Below are positions 1-9,052 of a DNA stretch of 64,000 bases, piece after piece. The translations under genes and the position numbers were made by a program. Every line of letters starts with the position of its first letter. The first letter of the stretch is position 1. This DNA comes from Candidatus Omnitrophota bacterium. Its GTDB lineage: Bacteria; Omnitrophota; Gorgyraeia; Tantalellales; Tantalellaceae. The stretch is taken from contig WJMG01000027.1 of assembly GCA_014728075.1 (NCBI GenBank), positions 696-64,695 on the forward strand. Direction: 5' to 3'. The notes beneath the pieces are model-generated. The model was not told the DNA's origin. It ran no database searches and saw nothing but the letters and a program-made list of their open reading frames with translations.

Positions 1-2
1 TT

Positions 3-572
3 GGTTATTGCCGCGCATGTAGGGGAAGCTATCGCTCCCAGGCCGTCTATCTCCCCAGGGTGGTTTGTGCCCATCTCAACGACCGCGGCCTCGTATTCAC
101 GCGAAAGCTCGAACAAGGTAAGGCTGAGGCCGATAATATTGTTATAAGAATCCCTGCTCTTAAGGACCTTGAACTCACCGGAAATGCAAGCGGCGGCCAT
201 ATCCTTTACCGTAGTCTTGCCGTTGGTCCCGGTAACGGCAAGAACGGGTATATCGGCCATTGACCTGAATCTCGCCGCAATGTCCGCCATGGCTTTGAGC
301 GTGTCACCTACCCGCAGCACGGGAACGCCGAGCCCGGCGGGGTTGCCGGAGCTTTCGCAGTCAACGATCACGGCAGCACATCCGCGCCCCGCGGCCTCGG
401 AAAGAAAATCATGGCCGTTGAAATTTTTCCCCTTTACGGCTAAAAAGACCTCTCCCTCGCGAAGCGTGCGGGTATCTATCGAAATACCTTTTACCGGCCC
501 GTTTACTTCTCCGGAAAAGATGGAAGCTCCCGTTATCGATACTATGTCTTTAAGTCGGATATTCTTATACAT
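3..572 (-). CDS. murF: UDP-N-acetylmuramoyl-tripeptide--D-alanyl-D-alanine ligase, N-terminal part (runs off window edge)
   Basis: Not in ORF track; read manually from ATG at 572: MYKNIRLKDIVSITG..ISIDTRTLREGEVFLAVKGKNFNGHDF..IAVTGTNGKTTVKDM; abuts the murE stop. Confidence 0.92.
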   Translation of the reverse strand, partial: MYKNIRLKDIVSITGASIFSGEVNGPVKGISIDTRTLREGEVFLAVKGKNFNGHDFLSEAAGRGCAAVIVDCESSGNPAGLGVPVLRVGDTLKAMADIAARFRSMADIPVLAVTGTNGKTTVKDMAAACISGEFKVLKSRDSYNNIIGLSLTLFELSREYEAAVVEMGTNHPGEIDGLGAIASPTCAAIT

Positions 573-2021
573 TCAGAGACAACCAAGTCCTTTGAGGGCC
601 GTCCGGACCTCTTCCCTGTCGTCAAACCGCACCTTAACCTCGCCGCGGATCTGATAATCCTCATGTCCTTTTCCCGCTATCAGTATTACATCACCTTCAC
701 CGGCGGACCGCAAAGCTTGAGAGATGGCCTCTCTCCTGTCCGGCGTGACGGAATATGTATCCGCCGACATACCCTTTTCAATGTCGTTTATGATACGGCC
801 GGGGTCTTCGGTCCTCGGGTTATCATTGGTAATAATGACCATATCGCAGAGGTCGGACGCTACCCTTCCCATTACAGGCCTTTTGCTGCGGTCCCTGTCC
901 CCTCCGCAACCGAAAACACAAATAAGCTTATTTTTCACCAGAGGCTTTAGCGCGCAAAGCGCGTTAGCGAGAGCGTCGGCTGTATGCGCGTAATCCACGA
1001 AAACCCTGAAAGGCAATTCGCTGTTCCCGACGGCTTCAAGCCGTCCGGGAGCCGCTCCGGCCTTTTCAAGACCCGAAGATACCTCATCGAAACCGTACCC
1101 CGTACACATAAGGGCGGCCGCGGCTCCCAAAAGATTATAAACATTATGCCGCCCTATCAAACCGGACCTGACCCTGGACCTGGCCCTTCCTCGCCAGACG
1201 AGATCGAACTCGTTACCGTACGCGGAGGCCCTCAGGTTCTCTGCCCTCATATCCGCGGGCTCTTCCATGGCGAAAGTAACGGTCGCCGGCCCCGTTCTCG
1301 CGATGAGCGTCCGAACCTTCGGGTCGTCGGCGTTGAGCACCGCGGTACCGCCGGGTTTAAGCTGTTCGAAAATAAGGGATTTGTCCCTGAAATAAGAATC
1401 CATATCCCCGTGATAATCCAGATGCTCCGGGGTTATGTTAGTGAAAACGGCGCAATCAAGGCCGATACCCCATACCCGTTTTTGAGAAAGCGCGTGGCTC
1501 GATATCTCTATGACAGCATCGGTCAAACCGTTAGAGACCATCTCGGACAGCAGGGAATACACCTTAAAAGCGTCGGGTGTGGTCATCACCGAGGGTTTCA
1601 GTTTATCCCTGCCCGTTTTGGAATGAACGGTGCTTACAAAACCCGTTTCCCGGTTCAAAAGTTCAAGCACGCTCTCCAGTATAAATACTGTACTGGTCTT
1701 ACCGTTCGTCCCGGTCACACCGTATGTCCTGAGCCGTGAAGAGGGGTCCCCGTGAAAGGCCGAAGCGAGTTCCGCCGCGGTTTCCCGGGTGTCCCGGACG
1801 ACCGTAAGGCTGCTCCGTAAAGCGTCCGGGAATCCGGGAGGGCACTGTTCGCATATTACCGCTCGCGCTCCTTTTCCCAGGGCTTCGGCGATATGGTCAT
1901 GCCCGTCACGCTTTACACCCCTCAGGGCGATGAACACATCACCTTTTGATATCCTGCGGGAATCTGTCTTAAGCGTCTCTATAGAAGGTATTTCCAGCCC
2001 TGCGTATGAAATCATGGTCAA
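573..2021 (-). CDS. murE: UDP-N-acetylmuramoyl-L-alanyl-D-glutamate--2,6-diaminopimelate ligase
   Basis: GVTGTNGKTS P-loop, EHLDYH, VDYAHT, DNPR (DAP specificity), AGKGHE; dcw position. Start may be ATG 2015. Confidence 0.96.
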   Translation of the reverse strand: MTMISYAGLEIPSIETLKTDSRRISKGDVFIALRGVKRDGHDHIAEALGKGARAVICEQCPPGFPDALRSSLTVVRDTRETAAELASAFHGDPSSRLRTYGVTGTNGKTSTVFILESVLELLNRETGFVSTVHSKTGRDKLKPSVMTTPDAFKVYSLLSEMVSNGLTDAVIEISSHALSQKRVWGIGLDCAVFTNITPEHLDYHGDMDSYFRDKSLIFEQLKPGGTAVLNADDPKVRTLIARTGPATVTFAMEEPADMRAENLRASAYGNEFDLVWRGRARSRVRSGLIGRHNVYNLLGAAAALMCTGYGFDEVSSGLEKAGAAPGRLEAVGNSELPFRVFVDYAHTADALANALCALKPLVKNKLICVFGCGGDRDRSKRPVMGRVASDLCDMVIITNDNPRTEDPGRIINDIEKGMSADTYSVTPDRREAISQALRSAGEGDVILIAGKGHEDYQIRGEVKVRFDDREEVRTALKGLGCL

Positions 2022-2106
2022 TATATCTTCAAGTCATTCTGAAATAAAGGCCGTTAAGAACGGCCTTTGATGTATATTATAGCAGAAATGTTATAATAAT
2101 TATTAT

Positions 2107-3813
2107 TTATCTTCCCGTCAAGCCGATTTCCGCGTCCACATCCGGTTGCCTGTTCGACTCCAGATACTGGACCGACCGTTCCGCGATCTTCCGGAAAGCC
2201 GGCCCCGCCACGCTGCCGCCGAAATATACGGGATGGGGGTCTTTTGCCGAGACTACTATAACGACCTCGGGATCTTCCTTGGGGGCGAACCCGATGAAAG
2301 TGGCGTAATACTTGTCCGGATAGTATCCGCCTTTCGGATCGACCATCTGCGCCGTACCGGTCTTGCCGCAGGTTTCATATAGCCGGGAATCCGCCCTCCT
2401 GCCCGTACCTTCTTTAACTACGGCCCTGAGCATGTCTTTCATTTTACTGCATGTCTCCTCACTAAGCACTTCCCTTACGACCGAGGGCCCGAAACTCCTG
2501 TGGACATTCCCGTCGAGGGTTATTATGCGGTCGACTATATAAGGACGCATGAGCCTCCCTCCGTTGGCGATAACGCTGAGGGCCGAAGCCATCTGAAGCG
2601 GCGTCACCGCTATGCCCTGCCCTATGGGTATCGTCGTTATATCGCTCCGGGACCAGGTACGCGGGTGCCTGTTTATGCCGGCAACCTCACCGGGCAGGTC
2701 TATACCCGTTTCCTCGCCGAAACCGAAAAGATCTATATAATCGTACAACCGTTCTTCCCCGAGCTTCATCGCGGCCTTTACGGTCCCGATATTGCTCGAA
2801 TTTACGATAACTTCCCGAAAGCTCAGGTCGCCGTACGCGTGATAGTCGTGAAGGACACGGCCGGCGACATTCCACTCCCCGTTCTCACAGTCGAACACCT
2901 CATCCATTGTTACCGTGCCTTCGTTAAGAACGGCACCGGCCGTTACGACCTTGAACACGCTTCCGGGCTCGAAAATACTGCTCAGACAGCTGTTCTTCAT
3001 CACTTCCTTAGGGGTAACGGAATAATCGTCAAGATCGTAATCGGGATATGAGGCCATGGCGAGTATGCGCCCCGAATAAGGTTCCATAACCACCGCGCAG
3101 GCGCCGGACGCATTATGCTTTTCGGCCATATTTTTCAGTTCCTGTTCGGTTATGTACTGTATGACGCTGTCTATGGTCAGCACCAGGTTAAGACCGTTCT
3201 TGGGTGGAACCGATTCTTCCCTGTCGTAAAGGACCGTCCTGCGCCTCGCGTCCCGGACAAGGTGACGCCATCCCGGTTCGCCCTTCAGCTCCCTGTCGTA
3301 AAAGAGCTCCAGCCCCTCAAGCCCTTTGTTATCGATATTCACGAATCCCAGGACATGTGAAGCCAGTCCGTCGCTGGAGTAATTCCTTTTGCTTTCGTCG
3401 GTAAAAAAAACCCCCTTGATGGCTTCTTTTTCCAGCGCTTCCGCTTCTTTTCTCGAGATCTTGCGCTTTATCCAGACAAAAGCGTTCTTTCTGTTCAGTT
3501 TTTCGACCAGGTCTTGCCTGTCCAGCGCAAGGATATCAGCCAGTTTACGGGCAGCCTCCTCTTTATCTTTAACGAAACGGGGATCGGAGTATACACTGGG
3601 CACTTCCAGGTTTATGGCCAAAGGTTCCAGGAACCGGTCGAAGATCGTACCCCTTCTTGGTTCGATCTTCAGGACACGGTTATGCTGATTGGCGGCCATA
3701 TCCGAAAATCTCTCGAAAGAGACGACCTGCAGGAAGAAAAGACGGCTGAGCAGACATAAAAAAAGAAAAATAAAGAAAAAAAAGATAAGATACTGGCGGT
3801 TTCTGAACATCAA
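2107..3813 (-). CDS. ftsI: Penicillin-binding protein 3 / peptidoglycan transpeptidase
   Basis: N-terminal TM, RGTIFDR, SVFK (SxxK), SSN (SxN), KTG; between ftsL and murE. Confidence 0.93.
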   Translation of the reverse strand: MMFRNRQYLIFFFFIFLFLCLLSRLFFLQVVSFERFSDMAANQHNRVLKIEPRRGTIFDRFLEPLAINLEVPSVYSDPRFVKDKEEAARKLADILALDRQDLVEKLNRKNAFVWIKRKISRKEAEALEKEAIKGVFFTDESKRNYSSDGLASHVLGFVNIDNKGLEGLELFYDRELKGEPGWRHLVRDARRRTVLYDREESVPPKNGLNLVLTIDSVIQYITEQELKNMAEKHNASGACAVVMEPYSGRILAMASYPDYDLDDYSVTPKEVMKNSCLSSIFEPGSVFKVVTAGAVLNEGTVTMDEVFDCENGEWNVAGRVLHDYHAYGDLSFREVIVNSSNIGTVKAAMKLGEERLYDYIDLFGFGEETGIDLPGEVAGINRHPRTWSRSDITTIPIGQGIAVTPLQMASALSVIANGGRLMRPYIVDRIITLDGNVHRSFGPSVVREVLSEETCSKMKDMLRAVVKEGTGRRADSRLYETCGKTGTAQMVDPKGGYYPDKYYATFIGFAPKEDPEVVIVVSAKDPHPVYFGGSVAGPAFRKIAERSVQYLESNRQPDVDAEIGLTGR

Positions 3814-3831
3814 TGCCTCTTCCGGCAGCTT

Positions 3832-4194
3832 CTAGGTCCTGGGCTTAGCCTCCGCTGTCGCGGTGAACATATCCATTACCTTTTCCACAAGACCTTCCTT
3901 TGCCGCCTTGACCGGTGTCTCTTTATGGGAAAGTATGTATCCTGTCCTGGCGCGTCCGCGCTTGACCGCGAATTTAAGGCCTTCCTTCTCAAGCACGGCC
4001 AGAAGGTAACCCGGGGATTCCAATTTGGAGAGGTCATATGAAAGGTTGGAATTCTGGTCTATCAGACGCGTCAGATGTCTGCGGTTCTCCTGCAATTCGT
4101 ATGAAGTTTTAAGTATCTCAACCCGCTGGTGGACATAAGCTGCGCATATCAGTGAAACGAACAGACTTATCGCCAGAATTCGATATAGTTTCAT
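3832..4194 (-). CDS. ftsL: Cell division protein FtsL-like
   Basis: Short N-terminus, TM helix, coiled coil ending LESP; located between rsmH and ftsI. Confidence 0.7.
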   Translation of the reverse strand: MKLYRILAISLFVSLICAAYVHQRVEILKTSYELQENRRHLTRLIDQNSNLSYDLSKLESPGYLLAVLEKEGLKFAVKRGRARTGYILSHKETPVKAAKEGLVEKVMDMFTATAEAKPRT

Positions 4195-5075
4195 TATAAC
4201 CTCTTCGCTGCCCTTAATTTCGAGCTTCTGGAACGCGGGTTTTCCCGGACCTCTTTCCGTCCGGGGACAACAGGTTTTTTAGTTAAAAGCTCCACTTTCC
4301 CGTCCCTGGCGGCATTCCTGAAAATATTTTTTGCTATTCTGTCCTCAAGAGAATGAAAAGATATAACGCATATTCTGCCCCCGGGCCTCAACCGGTCCGT
4401 TGCTCCCGAAAGCCCTTCTTCAACGGCATCCAGCTCATCGTTCACATAGATCCTCAGGGCCTGGAAAGTGCGTGCCGCGGGATGCAGTTTCTGCCTGGCG
4501 TATTTCCTGCCCAGAGCTTTCTCGATCACCTCACTTAGTTCTGCCGTGGAAGATATTCTTTCTTTCCTCCTGGCTTCCACGATACTTTTGGCCGCCAGTC
4601 CCGCGTGCCGTTCTTCACCGTATTCTCTTATTATCTCTTCAAGCTTCCAGCGTGAAAATGTGTTAACAGCTTCTTCCGCGCTTATGCCTCTCTCCGCGTC
4701 AAAACGCATATCAAGCGGCCCTTCCCGCAGAAAACTGAAACCCCTTGAAGGATCGTCAACCTGGTAGGATGACATACCGAGATCGAACAGCGCGCCGTCC
4801 AGCCTTTGTTCGCCGGCCTCCTCGAGTATACCTTTAATATCACGGAAATTCCTGTTCACGAAAACAACTGAATTTCCGCATGACCCCAGAGAAGACCTCA
4901 CCCTGTCGACCGCTTCGGGATCGGCGTCGACCGCTATGAGCTTCCCTCCCGGCATGATCCTCTTGAATATTTCCCCTGAATGCCCTCCTCCCCCGCATGT
5001 CCCATCCAGGATAACATCTCCCGGGGAAGGGGAAAGAAATTCCATGACTTCGTCTAGCATTACCGGAAGGTGCAA
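4194..5075 (-). CDS. rsmH: 16S rRNA m4C1402 methyltransferase
   Basis: HLPVML, DGTCGGGGHS, DLGMSSYQ, FQALRIYVNDEL, ISFHSLEDR, NPRSRSSKLR. Confidence 0.97.
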   Translation of the reverse strand: MHLPVMLDEVMEFLSPSPGDVILDGTCGGGGHSGEIFKRIMPGGKLIAVDADPEAVDRVRSSLGSCGNSVVFVNRNFRDIKGILEEAGEQRLDGALFDLGMSSYQVDDPSRGFSFLREGPLDMRFDAERGISAEEAVNTFSRWKLEEIIREYGEERHAGLAAKSIVEARRKERISSTAELSEVIEKALGRKYARQKLHPAARTFQALRIYVNDELDAVEEGLSGATDRLRPGGRICVISFHSLEDRIAKNIFRNAARDGKVELLTKKPVVPGRKEVRENPRSRSSKLRAAKRL

Positions 5076-5079
5076 TTCT

Positions 5080-5334
5080 TTAGGCCTTATTTTTGTCCCC
5101 GCGCATGAGTTTTGAAAGAGCCGATACCTGTTTCTTGTAAAGCGTACTGTAAGCGCTCCTTATATCGTTCTCATCGGGAGCGGACGCTCTCATCTGCCCG
5201 TGGCCGCCGGTGGTCCTCATCGTCCCGTAAATGGATCCGCCCATCTCACAGGCCTGAATGTGTTTTCTTTCCTTATGTTTTTTGGCATCTTCCGGCGGGG
5301 CTCCGAAATTACATCCATGTGAATATTTTTTCAT
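5080..5334 (-). CDS. Small hypothetical protein (84 aa) between mraZ and rsmH
   Basis: GGAGG SD upstream of ATG 5334 (MKKYSHG); stop 4 nt before the rsmH start; no recognisable motif. Confidence 0.55.
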   Translation of the reverse strand: MKKYSHGCNFGAPPEDAKKHKERKHIQACEMGGSIYGTMRTTGGHGQMRASAPDENDIRSAYSTLYKKQVSALSKLMRGDKNKA

Positions 5335-5384
5335 GTTTACCTCCGTTGCTGCTGCATACGCCAAAACCCCGCAGCCTTTTAAGA

Positions 5385-5576
5385 TCAGGAACAATCCTTG
5401 ATCGTCAAATATGTCTTTTTGCCGAGTCCCGAGGAAGAGACCACATACTGTTTCTCTCCGAGGTGGTCCATTCCTGAATGTAACGCCCTGGCCCTTTTAA
5501 CCCTTTCGACCATATTGACGCAATTAACGAACTCTACCTGCTTCTTGTGAAATTTTACGGCTATCTTTCTATACAT
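5385..5576 (-). CDS. Small basic hypothetical protein (63 aa) between mraZ and rsmH
   Basis: AGGGGGGG SD-like run before ATG 5576 (MYRKIAVKF); fills the gap after mraZ. Confidence 0.5.
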   Translation of the reverse strand: MYRKIAVKFHKKQVEFVNCVNMVERVKRARALHSGMDHLGEKQYVVSSSGLGKKTYLTIKDCS

Positions 5577-5605
5577 GACCACCCCCCCTGTTTCGGGAAC
5601 TAATA

Positions 5606-6043
5606 TCAAAATTCTATTATGTTCTCGGCAATATCCTCAAAATTGTCCTTCGAAGCCGCGTAGAATTCGTCCCATTTTTCTTTGGACCATATCTCTATAC
5701 GGTTCGAGACCCCTATTATCACTATCTCTTTTTTCAGACCCGCGTAATCTTTAAGGTAATCGGGAACGAGCACCCGCCACTGTTTATCCGGCTCTACTTT
5801 TACAGCCCCTGAAAAAAAGAGCCTGTTGAACTTCCTGGAATCTTTTTTGGTAAAAGGCATCGACTTGAACTTGTTCTCCTGCTGTTTCCATTCGGCCTCC
5901 GTGAACATGAAAAGGCATTGGTCAAGTCCGCGGGTCACCGTAAAGCGCTCTATACCCAGCTCCCGTATCGTATCCCGGAACTTTGAGGGGATTATTACAC
6001 GGTTCTTTTTATCGATAGAATGTATGTACTCTCCGTAAAACAT
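5606..6043 (-). CDS. mraZ: Division/cell wall cluster transcriptional repressor
   Basis: [48 protein letters not shown]. Confidence 0.97.
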   Translation of the reverse strand: MFYGEYIHSIDKKNRVIIPSKFRDTIRELGIERFTVTRGLDQCLFMFTEAEWKQQENKFKSMPFTKKDSRKFNRLFFSGAVKVEPDKQWRVLVPDYLKDYAGLKKEIVIIGVSNRIEIWSKEKWDEFYAASKDNFEDIAENIIEF

Positions 6044-6066
6044 CCTGTGCTTCGCCTTTTATTTTT

Positions 6067-6092
6067 CTCCACTTTCCTCCACTTTGCTCCAC
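6067..6092 (-). promoter_or_regulatory. Three MraZ-binding boxes (GTGGAG, 10-bp period)
   Basis: Minus strand GTGGAGcaaaGTGGAGgaaaGTGGAG between promoter and mraZ; matches the known MraZ direct-repeat operator. Confidence 0.88.
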
Positions 6093-6104
6093 ATTACACT
6101 TAAA

Positions 6105-6133
6105 AGTATACACTTATAGTGCGGCATTGTCAA
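6105..6133 (-). promoter_or_regulatory. sigma70 promoter of the dcw cluster
   Basis: TTGACA-N17-TATACT on the minus strand. Confidence 0.85.
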
Positions 6134-6152
6134 CAAATATATAGGAAAATTA

Positions 6153-6216
6153 CAGGTGTCGGGTATCAGGTTTCGCGTAACTTGTCCTTTCCCTGACACC
6201 TGATACCCGAGACCTG
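6153..6216. repeat. Inverted repeat built from degenerate heptamers
   Basis: CAGGTGTCGGGTATCAGGT ... ACCTGATACCCGAGACCTG, 18/19 complementary. Confidence 0.75.
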
Positions 6217-6224
6217 ATCCATAC

Positions 6225-6256
6225 AAAAAAAACCCGGGACAAAATCCCGGGTTTTT
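6225..6256. terminator. Intrinsic terminator after PilZ gene
   Basis: A8-CCCGGGA-caaaa-TCCCGGG-T5. Confidence 0.8.
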
Positions 6257-6281
6257 GGGTATATACTCTTATATTTAGGTT

Positions 6282-6743
6282 CTACCAGTAGAGCTTTTCG
6301 AAGCGTTCCGAATAACGCTTTATCCATTCTCTAGAAGCGTCCTGGAGAGTCATTTCCCTGCCCAGTTGAAGAGACCGGAGAACGCGGTACTCTTCTATAA
6401 GGTATATTTGTTCGATGAGCTTGACCTTGAAAGCATCGGAATAGGTCACAAAAGCCACTCCGACATTATACAGGCCCGTGGCATCATCTTTCTCAACATG
6501 CATTACCTTAGACCTGATCTTGAAGATCTTATTATACAAAGGCATCTGGAGGTTTATCAGGGAACCGACGGGGACATCCCTGGCAGACCTGAACATAAGC
6601 CCGCCTTCGGAGACATTCACCGTATTTGTCTTCTCGAAATCTGTCTCATCCGCTATCTGGAATTCAAGAGGACTTACCAGAAGATGGCGTAAGAATTTTC
6701 GTTTTTCCTGGCCCTTTCCGTTCATTTCAGCCGGCATGTTCAC
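6282..6743 (-). CDS. PilZ domain protein (c-di-GMP receptor)
   Basis: EKRKFLR (RxxxR) and NVSEGG (D/NxSxxG) motifs, ending VGVAF. Confidence 0.85.
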   Translation of the reverse strand: MNMPAEMNGKGQEKRKFLRHLLVSPLEFQIADETDFEKTNTVNVSEGGLMFRSARDVPVGSLINLQMPLYNKIFKIRSKVMHVEKDDATGLYNVGVAFVTYSDAFKVKLIEQIYLIEEYRVLRSLQLGREMTLQDASREWIKRYSERFEKLYW

Positions 6744-6826
6744 CTAACCTTCCTTGTCGTACATAGCGCGCTACCGCCGAAAAGGTTCTTCAGAGGATAA
6801 CTGTTCTCTCGGGTATCGGCGCTTAG

Positions 6827-7060
6827 TTAAAGCATATTGCTCTCTGAAAGCTCTTTTTCAAGCTTCTGAACGGCTTCTTTTAACTTGGAAAAGAGTTTAA
6901 CATTGATATTGATACCCTTTCCCGTGGGAACCTTCTCGTCGCCCTGCGGCGGCTGGGTCCAGATCCGGATATCAATAACATCATTGCCCTGGAATTCAGA
7001 GATACGCACCTTTACATCCTGATATTTGTTTTTCTCGAATACGTATACATCTTTTTCCAT
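6827..7060 (-). CDS. PC4/YdbC family ssDNA-binding protein
   Basis: VRISEFQG..IDIRIW..PTGKGI; GGAGG SD. Confidence 0.85.
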   Translation of the reverse strand: MEKDVYVFEKNKYQDVKVRISEFQGNDVIDIRIWTQPPQGDEKVPTGKGININVKLFSKLKEAVQKLEKELSESNML

Positions 7061-7204
7061 CGGAACCTCCTTTATATGCCTTATGCTCCAGGAGTTTTAT
7101 TATAACTATATTATAATAGTATTATATACTTAATATTATACGAAAATCACGCAAAATGCAAAAAAATAGAATTATTTTTTCCACGCCCGCGGGGATAGAC
7201 CCGT

Positions 7205-7309
7205 CTAGTCGATCTCTTTTTTCGAAAATATCTTCTTGAAACAGAAAACGACAAGAGCCAGTATCAGTGTCCACGAAACCGTAATGAATACCCACCCCAT
7301 TATGCTCAT
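7205..7309 (-). CDS. Small membrane subunit of NSS transporter (MetS-like), 34 aa
   Basis: MSIMGWVFITVSWTLILALVVFCFKKIF; ATGA overlap with the NSS transporter stop. Confidence 0.7.
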   Translation of the reverse strand: MSIMGWVFITVSWTLILALVVFCFKKIFSKKEID

Positions 7310-8868
7310 AACGGCTTTCCTTTCACTTTTCTTTTCTTCCAGGCAATTTTTACCAGCACCGCGAGAACGAGGAAAATTATCCAAAGCCCGGTTCTCGTAG
7401 CTATGATATGGTTCCTGTCGGCCTCGGGAACATTCTCCATGCAGATTATAGGCAGCCATTCCTGAAAGAACCACGCCGCCAGCACCGCCATCAGAAAAAG
7501 CGGTGTAATATATTTAATGATATACTTGTAAATGACCGGTATTTTCATGTCAGCCCCGTGATGTGTCTCTTCCCAGGCCTTGTTAATGCCGAAAACCCAG
7601 CCGAAAAGTATGACCTCGACCGTAGCGAACAACACCAGGCAGAAAGTCCCTCCCCAGAAATCGAGCTCGTCAACCACACCCTTTCCGAGAAAAAAAATAG
7701 CCCCGTGGCAAAGAAAAAAAGTGACCGTGCCGAAAATGGCTACGGCCCTGGACCTGGATATGTCGAACTCGTCCTCCAGAAAAGCGATAGCCGGCTGCGA
7801 AAGGGAGACCGACGAGGTCACTCCGGCCAGAAAAAGAAGAGCGAACCAGAGAAACCCCAGGAACTCGGACCAGGGCATCCGGCTGAAGATAAGGGGCATG
7901 GTCACGAACCCCAGGTTGAAAGCTCCCGAGTCCGCCACCTGCCCGATCATCATAGGACCGAAAAAAACGAAAGCGGCGGGGATCACGAGGCTGCTCCCGA
8001 TCACTACCTCGGCCGTCTCGTTCATACTAACCGCGGTAAGCCCCGAGAGGGTCACATCATCAGCTTTTTTCAAATAACTCGCGTAAGTAAGAATAACGCC
8101 GATACCCACGCTCAAAGTGAAAAATATCTGTCCTGTAGCGGCAAGCCATACCCCGGCGTTCTTCAATTCCGAAAAATCGGGATTCCACAGATACCCCAGG
8201 CCATTGACCACATTCCATTCAGGTCTGGAAGGGTCCGGCGCCCCCAGCGAAAGGACCCTTACGGCCAGAATAATACCGAAAAAAAGAAGCGTGGGAAGAG
8301 CTACTTTACAGAACTTTTCGATCCCCCCTTTTATACCGTTCTTGAGAACGAACATATTCACGGCGAATGTCACGATGAAAAAAAGGTAGGCCGGGCGTAT
8401 ACTGGAAAAGAACTCGTTCCTCTCCAGCCCCTGAAACCCCCGTAGAAAAGACTGCATCACGGCCTGGTCCGTTATGGAAGAATACTTGCCCGTAATCGAA
8501 AAGAAGCTGTAAGCCAGTGTCCACGATTCTATATAGGTATAATAGATCATTATTACCAGCGGCCCGAAAATGCCTATGACCCCGAAATACTTTATAAACC
8601 GGTTCTTCTCCCAGAGACTGTGAAAAACACCCGGAGCGGATGAATGCTCGAACCCCCCTCCGTAACGGCCGATCGACCATTCAACCCACATAAGGGGAAT
8701 GCCCACCAGGAGAAGGGCAACAAAATACGGTATCATGAAAGCTCCCCCGCCGTTCTTGACGGCCTGCACGGGGAACCTGAGAAAATTCCCGAGGCCTACG
8801 GCCGAACCGGCCACCGCCATGATTATTCCAAGCCGTGACCCCCATGACTCTCTCATCTTTTTGCCCAT
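7306..8868 (-). CDS. Sodium-dependent transporter, neurotransmitter:sodium symporter (NSS) family
   Basis: RESWGSRLG, GSAVGLGNFLRFP, NGGGAFMIPY, GQIFFTLS; about 12 TM helices. Confidence 0.95.
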   Translation of the reverse strand: MGKKMRESWGSRLGIIMAVAGSAVGLGNFLRFPVQAVKNGGGAFMIPYFVALLLVGIPLMWVEWSIGRYGGGFEHSSAPGVFHSLWEKNRFIKYFGVIGIFGPLVIMIYYTYIESWTLAYSFFSITGKYSSITDQAVMQSFLRGFQGLERNEFFSSIRPAYLFFIVTFAVNMFVLKNGIKGGIEKFCKVALPTLLFFGIILAVRVLSLGAPDPSRPEWNVVNGLGYLWNPDFSELKNAGVWLAATGQIFFTLSVGIGVILTYASYLKKADDVTLSGLTAVSMNETAEVVIGSSLVIPAAFVFFGPMMIGQVADSGAFNLGFVTMPLIFSRMPWSEFLGFLWFALLFLAGVTSSVSLSQPAIAFLEDEFDISRSRAVAIFGTVTFFLCHGAIFFLGKGVVDELDFWGGTFCLVLFATVEVILFGWVFGINKAWEETHHGADMKIPVIYKYIIKYITPLFLMAVLAAWFFQEWLPIICMENVPEADRNHIIATRTGLWIIFLVLAVLVKIAWKKRKVKGKPL

Positions 8869-8986
8869 TTCCCTATCACCTGCTTCCTGCAAATTTTACA
8901 CGAAGAACGCTCCGTTCCTCCGGGTTGCCCCGCAAACTCCTTTTATTATTTATATTATATAATCAGTGGCCGTTTTTTCAACAAAG

Positions 8987-9018
8987 AAAAGGCCGGAGAG
9001 CGATCGCTCTCCGGCCTT
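8987..9018 (-). terminator. Intrinsic terminator after GH130 gene
   Basis: Perfect palindrome AAGGCCGGAGAGCGATCGCTCTCCGGCCTT with an A-tract on the left. Confidence 0.75.
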
Positions 9019-9052
9019 CTATCTTTAACCGTACCCTCCGGAAGTCCGGTAA

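Noticed and set aside
6067-6092. 10-bp-period direct repeats as possible iterons or a mini-CRISPR
   Set aside because: They match the known MraZ operator in sequence and position; ordinary.
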